Notes under the pieces: generated by a model
The model's database searches: none
Told to the model about the DNA's origin: nothing
The model's input: only the letters and a program-made list of their open reading frames with translations
Made by a program: the position numbers and the translations under genes
Assembly: GCA_964106915.2 (NCBI GenBank)
Contig: OZ066929.1
Strand: one strand, 5' to 3'
DNA from: Podarcis gaigeae
Lineage: Eukaryota
DNA length: 64,000 bases
In this document: one piece after another, positions 37,801-47,800 of the stretch
Layout: the number at the start of each line of letters is the position of its first letter
Position numbering within the stretch: position 1 is the stretch's first letter

Positions 37801-40800
37801 AGTTAGGATATTATGGGAGATATATTGCTCACTAGAATTGTACAGGGGCTCCAGCTCGATGCCTAAAGATTCAATCTTTTTTTCGAGGTGCTGATACCAT
37901 CTTGATTTATAGGAGTCTTTGAGCAAATCAGCGAGCAGACTTGATGGAGGGCAGCGAAAGTGGCAGCGTAACCAATACTTTATTGAGGTGGACCATGCCC
38001 AATATTCCATTGTGTGTATGCCTATTTCTGCACACATTGTTTCGTATTTGATCATAGCTGGGAGTCCAAGAATACGTCTCAGAAAGCTAGAGTGAATCTT
38101 TTTTAAATCATTGTTATATGCTTGGACCCATAGCGGGATTCCATAGAATATCTGGGATTGCACTTTTGTTTGAAATATCTGATTTGCCGCAGGAATAAAT
38201 TGATTACCTTTCTGATAATGAAAACGGGCAACTGCTGATGAGATGCACTTTGCCTGTTTTATGGCATTTGTGCGATGGGTTGCCCACCCTAAATTGCTCT
38301 GGAATAAGATTCCCAGATACCTATAGATTTTCACTTGTTGGATTTCTTGCCCTCTTATTTTCCATTTCTCTAATTTCCAACCATTCGAGAAGACCAAAAT
38401 TTTTGTCTTCTCATAGTTTATAGAGAGTTTGTTACATTCGCAATAGAGGATCAGTGAAGATATAAGACGTTTCAGACCCAAGCTCGTTAAGGATAGTAGG
38501 ACAGCATCGTCTGCGTATAGTAAGAGAGGAACTGGTTTCTGATTAAGTTTAGGGGCATGTGATTCTATTTTTTGAAGGTAATCTGGCAAGTCTGATAAAA
38601 ATAAATTAAATAGAAAGGGGGCGAGAATACACCCTTGTTTTACCCCTTTCGAGATTGGGATGTCTGATGAAAGGTGACCTTTGATGTTAAGTTTGACTTG
38701 ACAGGTATTGGAAGAGTGTAGATTTTGCATTAGAATCAATAGGCGCTGATCAATTTTTAATTCTGCGAGTTTCCTCCACAACTTTGGGCGGTCAATTGAG
38801 TCGAATGCACCACGAAAATCTACAAAAGCAGCGTATATCTTAGATTGCCTTTGGGATCTGTATTTTTCAACCAGATGCATAAGTATAAGACAGTGGTCTA
38901 GTGTGGAGCAACCTTTGGAGAAACCTATTTGTTCTTTCCCTGGTAAATTTAGATTTTTCATCCAGGTAAGGAGTTTAGATAAGAGGTGCTTAGCGTAGAT
39001 TTTCCCTATCACTGATAGAAGGCTTATCGGTCTATAATTCCTTGGTTCTTTTGGGTCGCCATTTTTAAAGATTGGAATAATTATTGATCTTAGCCATATC
39101 TCAGGTATGATCCCATATTTATCTATAAGCGTAAACAGTTGGGCTAAGGGTTCTGCCCACCAATCGATATAGGTCTTAAATAATTCTATTGGTAGACCGT
39201 CTGGTCCAGGAGATTTCCCGGATTTGAAATTTTTAACTATCTCTCTAATTTCCTCTTCCTCTACCCTTGGCCACTCCTGGAGTTTAATAATTTTATTTTT
39301 GGTGGTTTCATTTCCTTTAAGTTCACTGTGTAGATTGTTAAATACAGATGTAAAGTATTGGAACCATTTGGATTCTGCAATTGGTGGTAGAGTTAGTTGG
39401 TTTTCGGCTTTCAATCCTCCATACACTAGGTTCCAGAACGCTTTGTTGTTTTTGCTCTGAATTGAGTCAAATAATTGTAGCCATTTTTGGGTTGCGTATT
39501 TCTGTTTCTTTTCGGCCAGAATGTAATGATATTTTCTTTTTTCATCAAGATAAGAGGGCTCTAGTTTAGTGCGATTATTTTTAAATGTTTGGCGCAGTTT
39601 TCTTTTTAGCTGGAAACATTCATCATCAAACCAAGGGCTAGCGGTATGTTTAAGTACCCAAACTTTAGGTGGAGTACTAAGCTCTACAAACATTTGAAAG
39701 ATTTCATTATAAATTTTCGGAATATCACTGTAGAAATTAGTGATCTTTAAGTTGGATAATACTTGTTTTCTCAGGTTGGCTGTAAGTTTTTGCCCCACTG
39801 CTACACTCATTTCCTGGGACCATTTTAATTGGGTCATTTGTTTGTATTGAGAAGGTTCTATGGTATTGTACTTAGTTATTTTGGTTTCGTCCTTTAAGTT
39901 AATAGACAACGATAATGGCTGGTGGTCGCTTTCAGTGCGTGTTCCAATTTTGAAGTCCATGATCGAATTTATAATATTATAAGGGACAAGAATATAGTCG
40001 ATGACACTGCATCCTCGGGGGGAGAAGTATGTAAACTCCCCGCTTCTATCGCCTTTTGTTGAACCATTCACAATCTGCAAATTAAAGTTGTTACATAATT
40101 CAAGTAGGCGTAAGCCTTCGTTGTTAACAACCCTGTCTCTGGAGAATCGTCCTATTTTCAGGGCATGTGCGATATCATTATCAGTATTCCAATTTAGTTT
40201 GCTACATAGTTGTTCATTGTTGGTTCCTACTCTGGCATTAAAATCACCTGCTATTATCAGTGAGGCATTTGGGTATTTATCGGTCAGATTTTCTATATAA
40301 GAGGTTAGTTGTGACCAGTTTTCACTGCTGCTGTTGTTTTTGGTTGGGGGGATATAGACATTTACAAGTAGCAAAGAATCTTTGTTTTGGGTTAAAAGTA
40401 GAGCTTGGCTGCACTAACTCACCCTACCCACAACTCTAGCCCAATTCACTCCCACTCCAACCAACCACCCAACTAACTCCCCAATGAACTCTCCCCTTTG
40501 CCTCTCCCAGAGCTGGTTTTATAGTCCCACTGACTCCACCCCCCAGGTCCTGATTGGGCAACCTGTTTAACTATTTCACCTCCAGCACTCTCTCATATGT
40601 TAACATCACAATGCTGCTCTTACTCTTGACGCCAGTGATGCTTTTGGCTGAAGGTTTATTTGTTTTTCTGATCCACCCTTTGTCAATGGATAACAAGTTT
40701 AAATTGTCCTTTGCTATCTGAATCTTGGCCGTTAAAGGGTCTGAAGTGTTTTGGAATGGGACAGAGAATGCTGAAGGGCCCCTCCCCTGTGGTTTGAAGG

Positions 40801-42211
40801 GACAAGGTAGATTTGTGCTCACCCAGCTGTACTATAAATTGCCCCACTCCCTCTCCTTCCCTGTGCTGATGGATTGCCCCCTCTGTCCAGTTGTGCAGAC
40901 TCTGGCTCACAACTCCACAGCCACCCTGTCAGTCATCAAGGATTACCTGGTCAGCAAGCTGCAGAAGCAGAGCCGCCAGATTGAGCAGGACGAGCAGAGG
41001 ATTCAGAAGTACCGGGAGGAGACTAAGCGGATCCGCAAGGAGATCGAGGAGCTCAAAAGCAGGTAGACGCAGTCCATGTTGCTGGGCCTGTCTGACCTCC
41101 ATAAGACGCGGGCTCCAGAGGGAGCAAGACATCACTACATGCCACTTTCCTGCCTTCTGCCCATTGTGCTCTGTTTGGTGGTGCAATGTGATGAACAAGT
41201 CCAGGTGGTTCCTTGGAAGGGATTGAGATGGATCAAGAGTACAGCTGCTATTTACTTACAGCTGCTGTAGCAATCCTGGAATCCAGGGCAGGGGAGAAGC
41301 TTGATGCCCAAATACAGTGTGGGCATTATAGGAATGTGTTGCTGTTGCTTCTGCACATTGTGTGTCCCTGAAAACCATCTCTCTTCCTTGCCCTTCCCTT
41401 GTGTGTTTCCTTTTCTCAGTCCCAAGATCTTCCAGAAGACCAAGTGCAGCATTTGCACCAGTGCCTTGGAGCTGCCCTCAGTTCACTTTCTGTGTGGCCA
41501 CTCCTTCCACCAGCACTGCTTTGAGAGCTACTCGGAGAGTGGGTCAGAGTGTCCCACCTGCTTGCCAGAGAACCGCAAAGTCATGGACATGATCCGCACT
41601 CAAGAGCAGAGGCGGGACTTGCATGACCAGTTCCAGCACCAGGTGGGGCTCCCTGGCTGGATTTCCAGTCTGGTTTATTATGACACCTTATATCCAACTG
41701 GTGGGGAGTGCCCAGCCCTGCCTGGGATTTTTTAGGAGGGGAATACTGTGTTGTTTTAAATGCGTAGTGTAATTTGTGTTTGAACCCATAACTCTGGATG
41801 TTCGGTGAGGACATGCCAAAGTCATGCTTCCATCCACCATCTTGGTTCAAAATGGCATCTGTGCCCAAACAGCAACAAAGTCTACTGCCCCATGTCAGGA
41901 ACCATCGTTCCTGAGTTTGCCAATGATATCTCAAGAGGTGGCTGAACATATAGAGGCAAACCATTTGCCAAAATGTATAGTAAATGATAGAATCTCCCAC
42001 CCCAAACACCCCCAAAAGTGAAGCTTTTGTTTGTTCCATCTTACAGATGAAATGCTCCAATGACAGCTTTTCTGTGGTTGCGGATTATTTTGGCCGAGGC
42101 GTTTTCAACAAGCTCACCCTCATCACAGACCTTCCTCCAGGCAAATCTGCTGCAGTACTCGATGCAGGCTTGCAGCGTGAGCTGCTGATACACACAAAAC
42201 GGAGCACTTAG
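25883..42211 (+). CDS. VPS11: Vacuolar protein sorting 11 (HOPS/CORVET core subunit, C-terminal RING), 923 aa
   Basis: 16 exons in frame: 25883-26018, 26748-26896, 27652-27787, 28013-28176, 28302-28549, 29263-29464, 30006-30157, 31202-31388, 31822-31965, 33597-33785, 35054-35215, 36047-36186, 36435-36637, 40891-41062, 41420-41642, 42047-42211 (total 2772 nt). Starts MAAYLQWRRF; RING CSICTSALELPSVHFLCGHSFHQHC...CPTC. Intron 1 is AT-AC and intron 6 is GC-AG. Confidence 0.97.
26019..26747 (+). other. U12-type (minor spliceosome) AT-AC intron 1 of VPS11
   Basis: Donor ATATCCTT at 26019, branch site TCCTTAAC at 26730-37, acceptor AC at 26746-47. Splicing restores FG-D-MEGQIWF. Confidence 0.93.
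27135..27392. mobile_element. Degenerate Tigger-like MITE
   Basis: Imperfect TIRs: TA-CAGTCATGCCTCATGTTAC ... GCAACCAGAGATACCATTG; the interior resembles the 2969-3194 element. Confidence 0.6.
30478..30840 (+). mobile_element. Full-length Sauria SINE
   Basis: tRNA-like head GGGACGCAGGTGGCGCTGTGG...GGTTCGAATCC, core CCTAGCAGTTCGAAAGCA, (ACCTTT)n tail. 12-bp target-site duplication TATATAGGGAAT at 30466-77 and 30841-52. Confidence 0.9.
32611..32845. mobile_element. Tigger-like MITE
   Basis: TIRs CAGTCATACCTTGG / CCAAGGTACAACTG with TA on both sides and a palindromic interior. Confidence 0.75.
33979..34103 (-). mobile_element. tRNA-Lys(CTT)-derived short SINE with CR1-type 3' tail
   Basis: Minus strand reads AGCTCAGTCGGTAGAGCATGAGGCTCTTAATCTCAGGGTTGCAGGTTTGAATCCCACATTGGGC, followed by GGGTTGGAC...TTCCAACTCTACAATTCTATGA. 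Confidence 0.75.
34231..34712. mobile_element. Non-autonomous Tc2/pogo-like DNA transposon with GC-rich interior
   Basis: TIRs CCGTATTTTTCGTCCCATAGGACGC / GCGTCCTATAGAGCGAAAAATACGG, preceded by TA. Confidence 0.8.
35760..35990 (+). mobile_element. CR1 LINE 3' fragment
   Basis: Contains GATGGCTTCAAAAAAGGATTAGACACATTCATGGAGG ... GGACTGGATGGGCC...GGCCTGATCCAG, a CR1 3'-end pattern. Confidence 0.6.
36907..40610 (-). mobile_element. LTR-like element (about 500 bp once the nested LINE is removed), interrupted by an RTE-X-like LINE
   Basis: On the minus strand it starts TGTGATG at 40610, then has CCAAT (40557-53), TATAAAA (40523-17) and, past the LINE, AATAAA (37039-30). It is flanked by an ~80-bp direct repeat. 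Confidence 0.5.
37217..40407 (-). mobile_element. 5'-truncated non-LTR retrotransposon (APE endonuclease + RT + CCHC; RTE-X-like) in VPS11 intron 13
   Basis: ORF 40374-37753 (873 aa) has the APE motifs IIAGDFNARVG, SVIDY and SDHQP and the RT motifs GVKQGCILAP and LLYADD. After one stop it continues in frame to 37366 (GRYQNIPRNKRLCRC...EHILLHCPLY). AATAAA at 37240-35 and a short (AAGT)n tail; 13-bp TSD GCTGCACTAACTC at 37204-16 and 40408-20. Confidence 0.9.
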
Positions 42212-44249
42212 ATGGCAGTGGGTGGGTGTCCTTCAGTCCCCTGACCTTGGCTCTCCGAACGAGTGATGCAATCAGCTTCTCTTTCTAGTGCACTGTGACC
42301 CAAAAGAGGCTAGGATTTGACTGAAGACCAGGAGGGCTGCGTAACTGGCTTAGGAAACGGAGAGAGAGACCAAGGGAACTCTGGCTTGTTTATTATTGTT
42401 ATTATTATTATTTTGCCTGACTACAGCCAGGCCTGCTTCTCCAAGCCTTACAGCCTGCTGGTTAAGTCTCCTGGTTAAAAGTCTGGTGCTTCAGCATTAG
42501 CAGTGGGCTCCTGTAAGACTGTGTCGTGAAAACGAGCTCTCCGCTCCAACTTTCTCCTGGTGCCTCTTGTGTTCCAAGCTCTGTATGAAGAGGATCTCTA
42601 GTTGCCCTCATCAAAGATATACAGCGTGGAACTAAACTGACTGGATTCTGGAACTGGAAGAGTTATTTTCCTGGGGAGGTGGATTGAAGATGTAGATAAT
42701 GTTCAGCACTAATATCTCTGTAACCCTTCACTTAATAGCGGTTTACTTGCTTGAGCTATAAAGTGTGTGATTGTGGGTGAAGAGAACTATGGGTCTTCCT
42801 GTATATGTATGTATACTCTTTTCTTCCTTTCTGAACAACTGCCTCTCTCTCCCTCCCGCCTTCCCAATTCTTTGGTATTTCTGTGAGAGCCAAGAGGAGC
42901 TGCTTCATAGAAAAGGCCCAGTTCTGTGGCTAATCTTGCTCAGGATTAGATTTCTGGTATAGTTTGTGGGTGGTAGTAGAAGCTGGGCCTGCAGGCAGAT
43001 GGCTGTTATCTGAGCTGGTTCCTCCCATCTCCTCTGCTGCAATTAGCTTCCTACCACCCCGGCACTTCACCTCCTTGGTTCTTGACTTTGCAAGAGCAAT
43101 TATGCATTGGAACTGTGCTCCAAGCCACAGGGAGCTTCCTTCCTGCTCCTTCATCTTTCTTGGGGCACCATCTTCTACCACAGAGGGAGGAATAGTCTTT
43201 GAGGCTAGATGCAGGTTTGAGCTTCCTCCCACAGCTGCCTGCTCTTTTCTCTCTCTGGAGATAATGAGGAAAATGCAGTTCACTCTAAACCATGAATTGA
43301 TGTATGTTGGGGCAAAATACCTTAATTTTACATATACCTCGTGGTCTCTGAATCTGATGGTGCGCTGCCAGGAATGAGACCTTGTGGGTGGCAGTGGATA
43401 GCTCAATGGAGGTGTTGACGTAGCACGTGGCAGCTGTGAAAAAGGACAACTTCCATGCTAGGAATCATTGGGAAAGAAAATGAAAAGAAAACTATTGATA
43501 TCATAATGCTGCAACAGCAATCTGGAAAAAATATTACATTGTTAGAAAAGGGCACCAAAAATGATGGATGGAATGACTGGTTTAGAGAAAAGTTTGGTAA
43601 AAGGGGTGAAGGGGTTGGTTGCTCTCACTTGGTTGGGCTGTTACTGGCATACAGAACTAGGTGGTGTGTGGGCTACAGCAGTAGAGCTGCTCATACACTA
43701 TTTATAGTTATGCTCTTTGGGAGCTGGGGTTCCTAATACGCATCGTTAAACCTCTTCACTTCCATCAGTTGGTCCAATCCCCTTTTAATAAAACACATGC
43801 AAATTTCCTTGCTGGATCCAGTTGAGCACCACACTCGTCTACTATCCTGCCAGCTGCACTTGCTAATTAGGCCACCTCCAATAAACTCATTTGCAGCACC
43901 ATCAGGGATGAACACCAGTCAGTGGGTCCCATTTTCAGTATGCAGTGATATACCGTACTTCTTGTGCACCTGGGGTCTCCATATTACAGGATGAGAAGCC
44001 TGAGAGACCTCTCCGTTTAAGGTAGCGTTCGTTGTCAGCTCATCTTGTAGCAGAGAGTTACACAGGAAGCAGCTATACACCAACCAGACCATTGGCCCTT
44101 CTGCCTCATTGGCTGGCTGGCTGCGGCTCTCCCAGGCCTTTCAAGCAACGTTTCCTCAATTTTAGAATAAGTCTCGTGACACATTTGAAGGCGATTTGCA
44201 GGTAGTTTGCATAATACTATAGGCCAGCCCCTTTCAAACGCCTAACTGG

Positions 44250-44850
44250 TGTATTCGGGCAGGAGACGCTCCACTGCCCGTAAAATATTCGGCCGGAGCC
44301 ACGTGCTGCGTCCACAGCGCCTCACTGCAAGGACCGGAACGCGAGGCAATCCAGCGGCGCCCCCGGCTTCACGTTTCCGAAAAGGGGCGTGCGCCGCGTC
44401 GACGGTAATTACAGTATAAAGGGCATCGGGAGCCACCTCCCATTCATGGAAAGTCGCCTGTGGGAGGAACAGGAAGCTGCCGGAAGTGACGTCCGGGACG
44501 GGGAGGCGCATGCGTGGCTCAGCGGAGTGGCGATGGAACCGGCAGCGCCTAGTTGACCCAGAGCGGGACCCCCTCCAGCCCTCGCCCCGCCTGCCTGCCT
44601 GCCGGCCCCCTTCGCTGCTCGGCGCCACCAGCGGCATGACCAGCTCGCCGCCCGCCTCGGTGAGCCTCTGCGCCGCTGCCTTGACCGGCGCTTCGCTCGC
44701 TTTGGGGAGGGGGAGGGAGAGAGGGGGCGAAGGGGCGGGGCTTCCAGGGGCTCAGCCAATGGCGGAGGACGTCGGGAGGTGACCTCTGTGCATGGTGGTG
44801 ACCTCACGCGCGTCGCGGGGGTCTTTAATGAGATGCAAATGAGTTCATCC
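44250..44850 (+). promoter_or_regulatory. CpG island and HMBS housekeeping promoter
   Basis: CpG-rich. ETS-CRE composite CCGGAAGTGACGT at 44480-92, NRF1-like GCGCATGCGT at 44506-15, and exon 1 ATG at 44636 with donor TCG|GTGAGC at 44659/60. Confidence 0.8.
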
Positions 44851-47800
44851 CCCGCTGATGAGCCTGGGGACGGGGGTTGTCTCCGACCATGGCTGCCTAT
44901 CTGCTACTCCTCCCCCCCCCCCCCCCGACTTACTTGTTCAGTTTCTGTTAATTGATTCTCATGAAAACTTACAGATTCTGGCTTCACACAATTAACTCAA
45001 GGCAGTGTCAATTTACTCTTGGCAGAAAGTCAAGGTCTGCTTGACCTAGAAACTACTTTCTCTGATTGGTTAACGACCAGCACTCAACCCTGTTATCTAG
45101 GAATGCTAGCACAGTTTGTGTTAGGAGTAGAAGTGCTGTGTATGGTTAAGAGAGAGAGAGAGAGAAAGAAAGGATTTATTTTGCTTTGTTTTATATGCAG
45201 AAACTCTGCTGGTTTTATTTTTCCTTTTAATAAATCCTGTAAATAGTTATTCTGAGTCTAGCTGACTAGTCATTCCACCTCAACTAGCTTCTTCGCTGTG
45301 CAGGAAAACTCTGCTACGTTTGGGCTAAAGCCATTAGAGCTATGCCTGACACTTCAAAGTTCCAAGATTACTTGGGTGGTATCTCTCTTTTCCTACACCT
45401 GTGTGTCGTCCAGTGCTACTTTCCTTAGGAAGGGGGAATATAGTTGTTAAATGGTAGTGCTAGTTTGATTTTTATGAAACACGATTTATACACACACACA
45501 CACAATTTTGTTTATGGTAACAGCAGTAGCAAGAACAACAACAGGGCATTGGCCTCGTTTGAGTGCCCAAAGTGTTTCATGTTAGTATCCCTGTAATCCG
45601 CTTTATATCTGCAGAGAAACATTGGGAGAGGCTGGTGTTTCTCCCAGGGCTATTTTGCCCTTTGCCGGTCAAGGGAGGCAGGTTGCATTTCTAGAATGTG
45701 CTCCTGCCAAAATCAGATGCCTCTTGTTTCTTGCACAATGTTGTGCAACTTGAGCCCTGCCTCTGTGTGCAAAGGCACTCTTGCCTAATCCAAAGGGTGG
45801 CTTGGTAGGACACACCTTTGCCCTGTTAGGTAGTACACTGTACAGATACCTCCAGGCAGTTTCTACTGGCAGCCAAGGTGAGCCAGAGTGCGGTGGTGGC
45901 GAAGAGAAGTGTGGGTTTGCTGCTTCTTGCATTCCCCTCTGCTATAGGGTGCTTCATCAAGCTGTTTTTCTAGTTTCTGCGTGCACACTCACACTTTCAC
46001 ATACCCTTTCAAAGTTCCTCTGGGAATACATCCCATAGCCTTCCCATGGGGAGACTGTTATATTAGCTTCCAAACCTGAGCCTTTGCCTGGATTTTGGGC
46101 TGTTGGGCCTGAGCCTTTTGGGTGATACTGTATGGTGGACACCTACACAGCTTGCCTGATTCTGTGTTTTCAGTCCCAGATTCAAACAAATTCTCTTCTC
46201 TCTTCACACTGAGCACCTCTTTCTGTCCCCCTCGGCTGCATAATTGCCCTACAAACACAGAAACTAGTGCTCATGGCTATGTTTGATGAAGACTGAAAGG
46301 AACTGATGATTTGGGGTTGACTTCCAGAAGTCACACATGGGGCTTCAGTACCTTGTGACTACCAATCTCTCCTATGAACTATTGATATCTACTGCCCATT
46401 TTTAGCTCTACTGCCCACCTGTGCCCCTTTCCTGTATTTTTTTTTAAAATATATATTTATTAAGATTTTTAAACATAAATGCAAAAATAATGAACAATGT
46501 AACATATATCATAACATAATTTCTTAACTTCTTTGGACTCCCTCACGTCTCCCGCTCCCACTTGCATCGTTGTCAATTCTTGCCCGCAATTTATCATCTT
46601 GTTTACATTCTTGTGTCCCATTCATTTAGAATATAATCTAATAATTCTCCCAAAGGTTTATGATTTTTCCTCAATCTCAGTTATCATCCTAATTGCATCT
46701 AATTTAGTGGTGCTCAATTATTTATGATCTAGCCTCCATCTTAACATTCAACCAAATTACAGTGCTTTTTTAAATAAATCTTAAATTTCTTCCAATCTTC
46801 TTCAACCTTCTCTTCTCCCAGGTCTCGGATTCTGCCGGTCATCTCGGCTAGTTCCATATAGTCTATCAGTTGCATCTGCCACTCTTCCAGTGTGGGTAGA
46901 TCTTGAGTTTTCCAGTGCTTAGCGATGAGTATCCTTGCTGCCGTTGTTGCATACATAAAAAATATTCGGTCCTTCTTTAACACCTTCTGGCCGACAATAC
47001 CCAAAAGGAAGGCCTCTGGTTTCTTAGTAAAGGTATACTTAAATACCTTTTTCAGCTCATTATATATCATTTCCCAGAAGGCCTTCACTCTAGGGCAGGT
47101 CCACCAGAGGTGAAAGAATGTTCCATCATTTTCTTTACATTTCCAACATTTGTTATCAGACAAATGGTATATTTTGGCAAGTTTAACTGGGGTCATGTAC
47201 CATCTATATATCATTTTCATTACATTTTCCTTCAAAGCATTACATGCAGTGAGACCACAACCTTTCCCAGTCCTCAAACATGATATTATGCCCAATGTCC
47301 TGAGCCCACTTTATCATAGCCGATTTAACCATTTCATCTTGTGTATTCCATTTTAACAGCAAGTTATACATTCTTGAAAGTACCTTAGTCTTAGGTTCTA
47401 ACAGTTCTGTTTCCAATTTCGATTTCTCCACCTGGAACCCTAACTTTTTGTCATTTTTAAAAACTTCATTAATCTGAGCGTAGTGTAACCAGTCTCGCAC
47501 TTTATCCTTCATTTTCTCCAAACTCTGCAATTTCCAATTGTCTCCATCTTTTTCTAATATTTCCCAATATTTTGGCCATTTGGCCTCCATATTGGGTCTT
47601 TTTCGAGCCTTAGCTTCCAGCGGTGAAAGCCACCTTGGAGTTTTATTTTCCAATAAGTCTTTATATTTTGTCCAGACATTAAACACTGCTTTTCTGACAA
47701 TATGGTTCTTAAAGGCCTTATTGATCTTAACCTTGTCATACCATAAGTATGCATGCCAACCAAAAGCATTGTTAAAACCTTCCAGATCCAGAACGTCAGT

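Noticed and set aside
42930-43406. 158-aa and 137-aa ORFs between VPS11 and HMBS
   Set aside because: No homology recognised and no supporting splice or promoter context; probably UTR or intergenic DNA.
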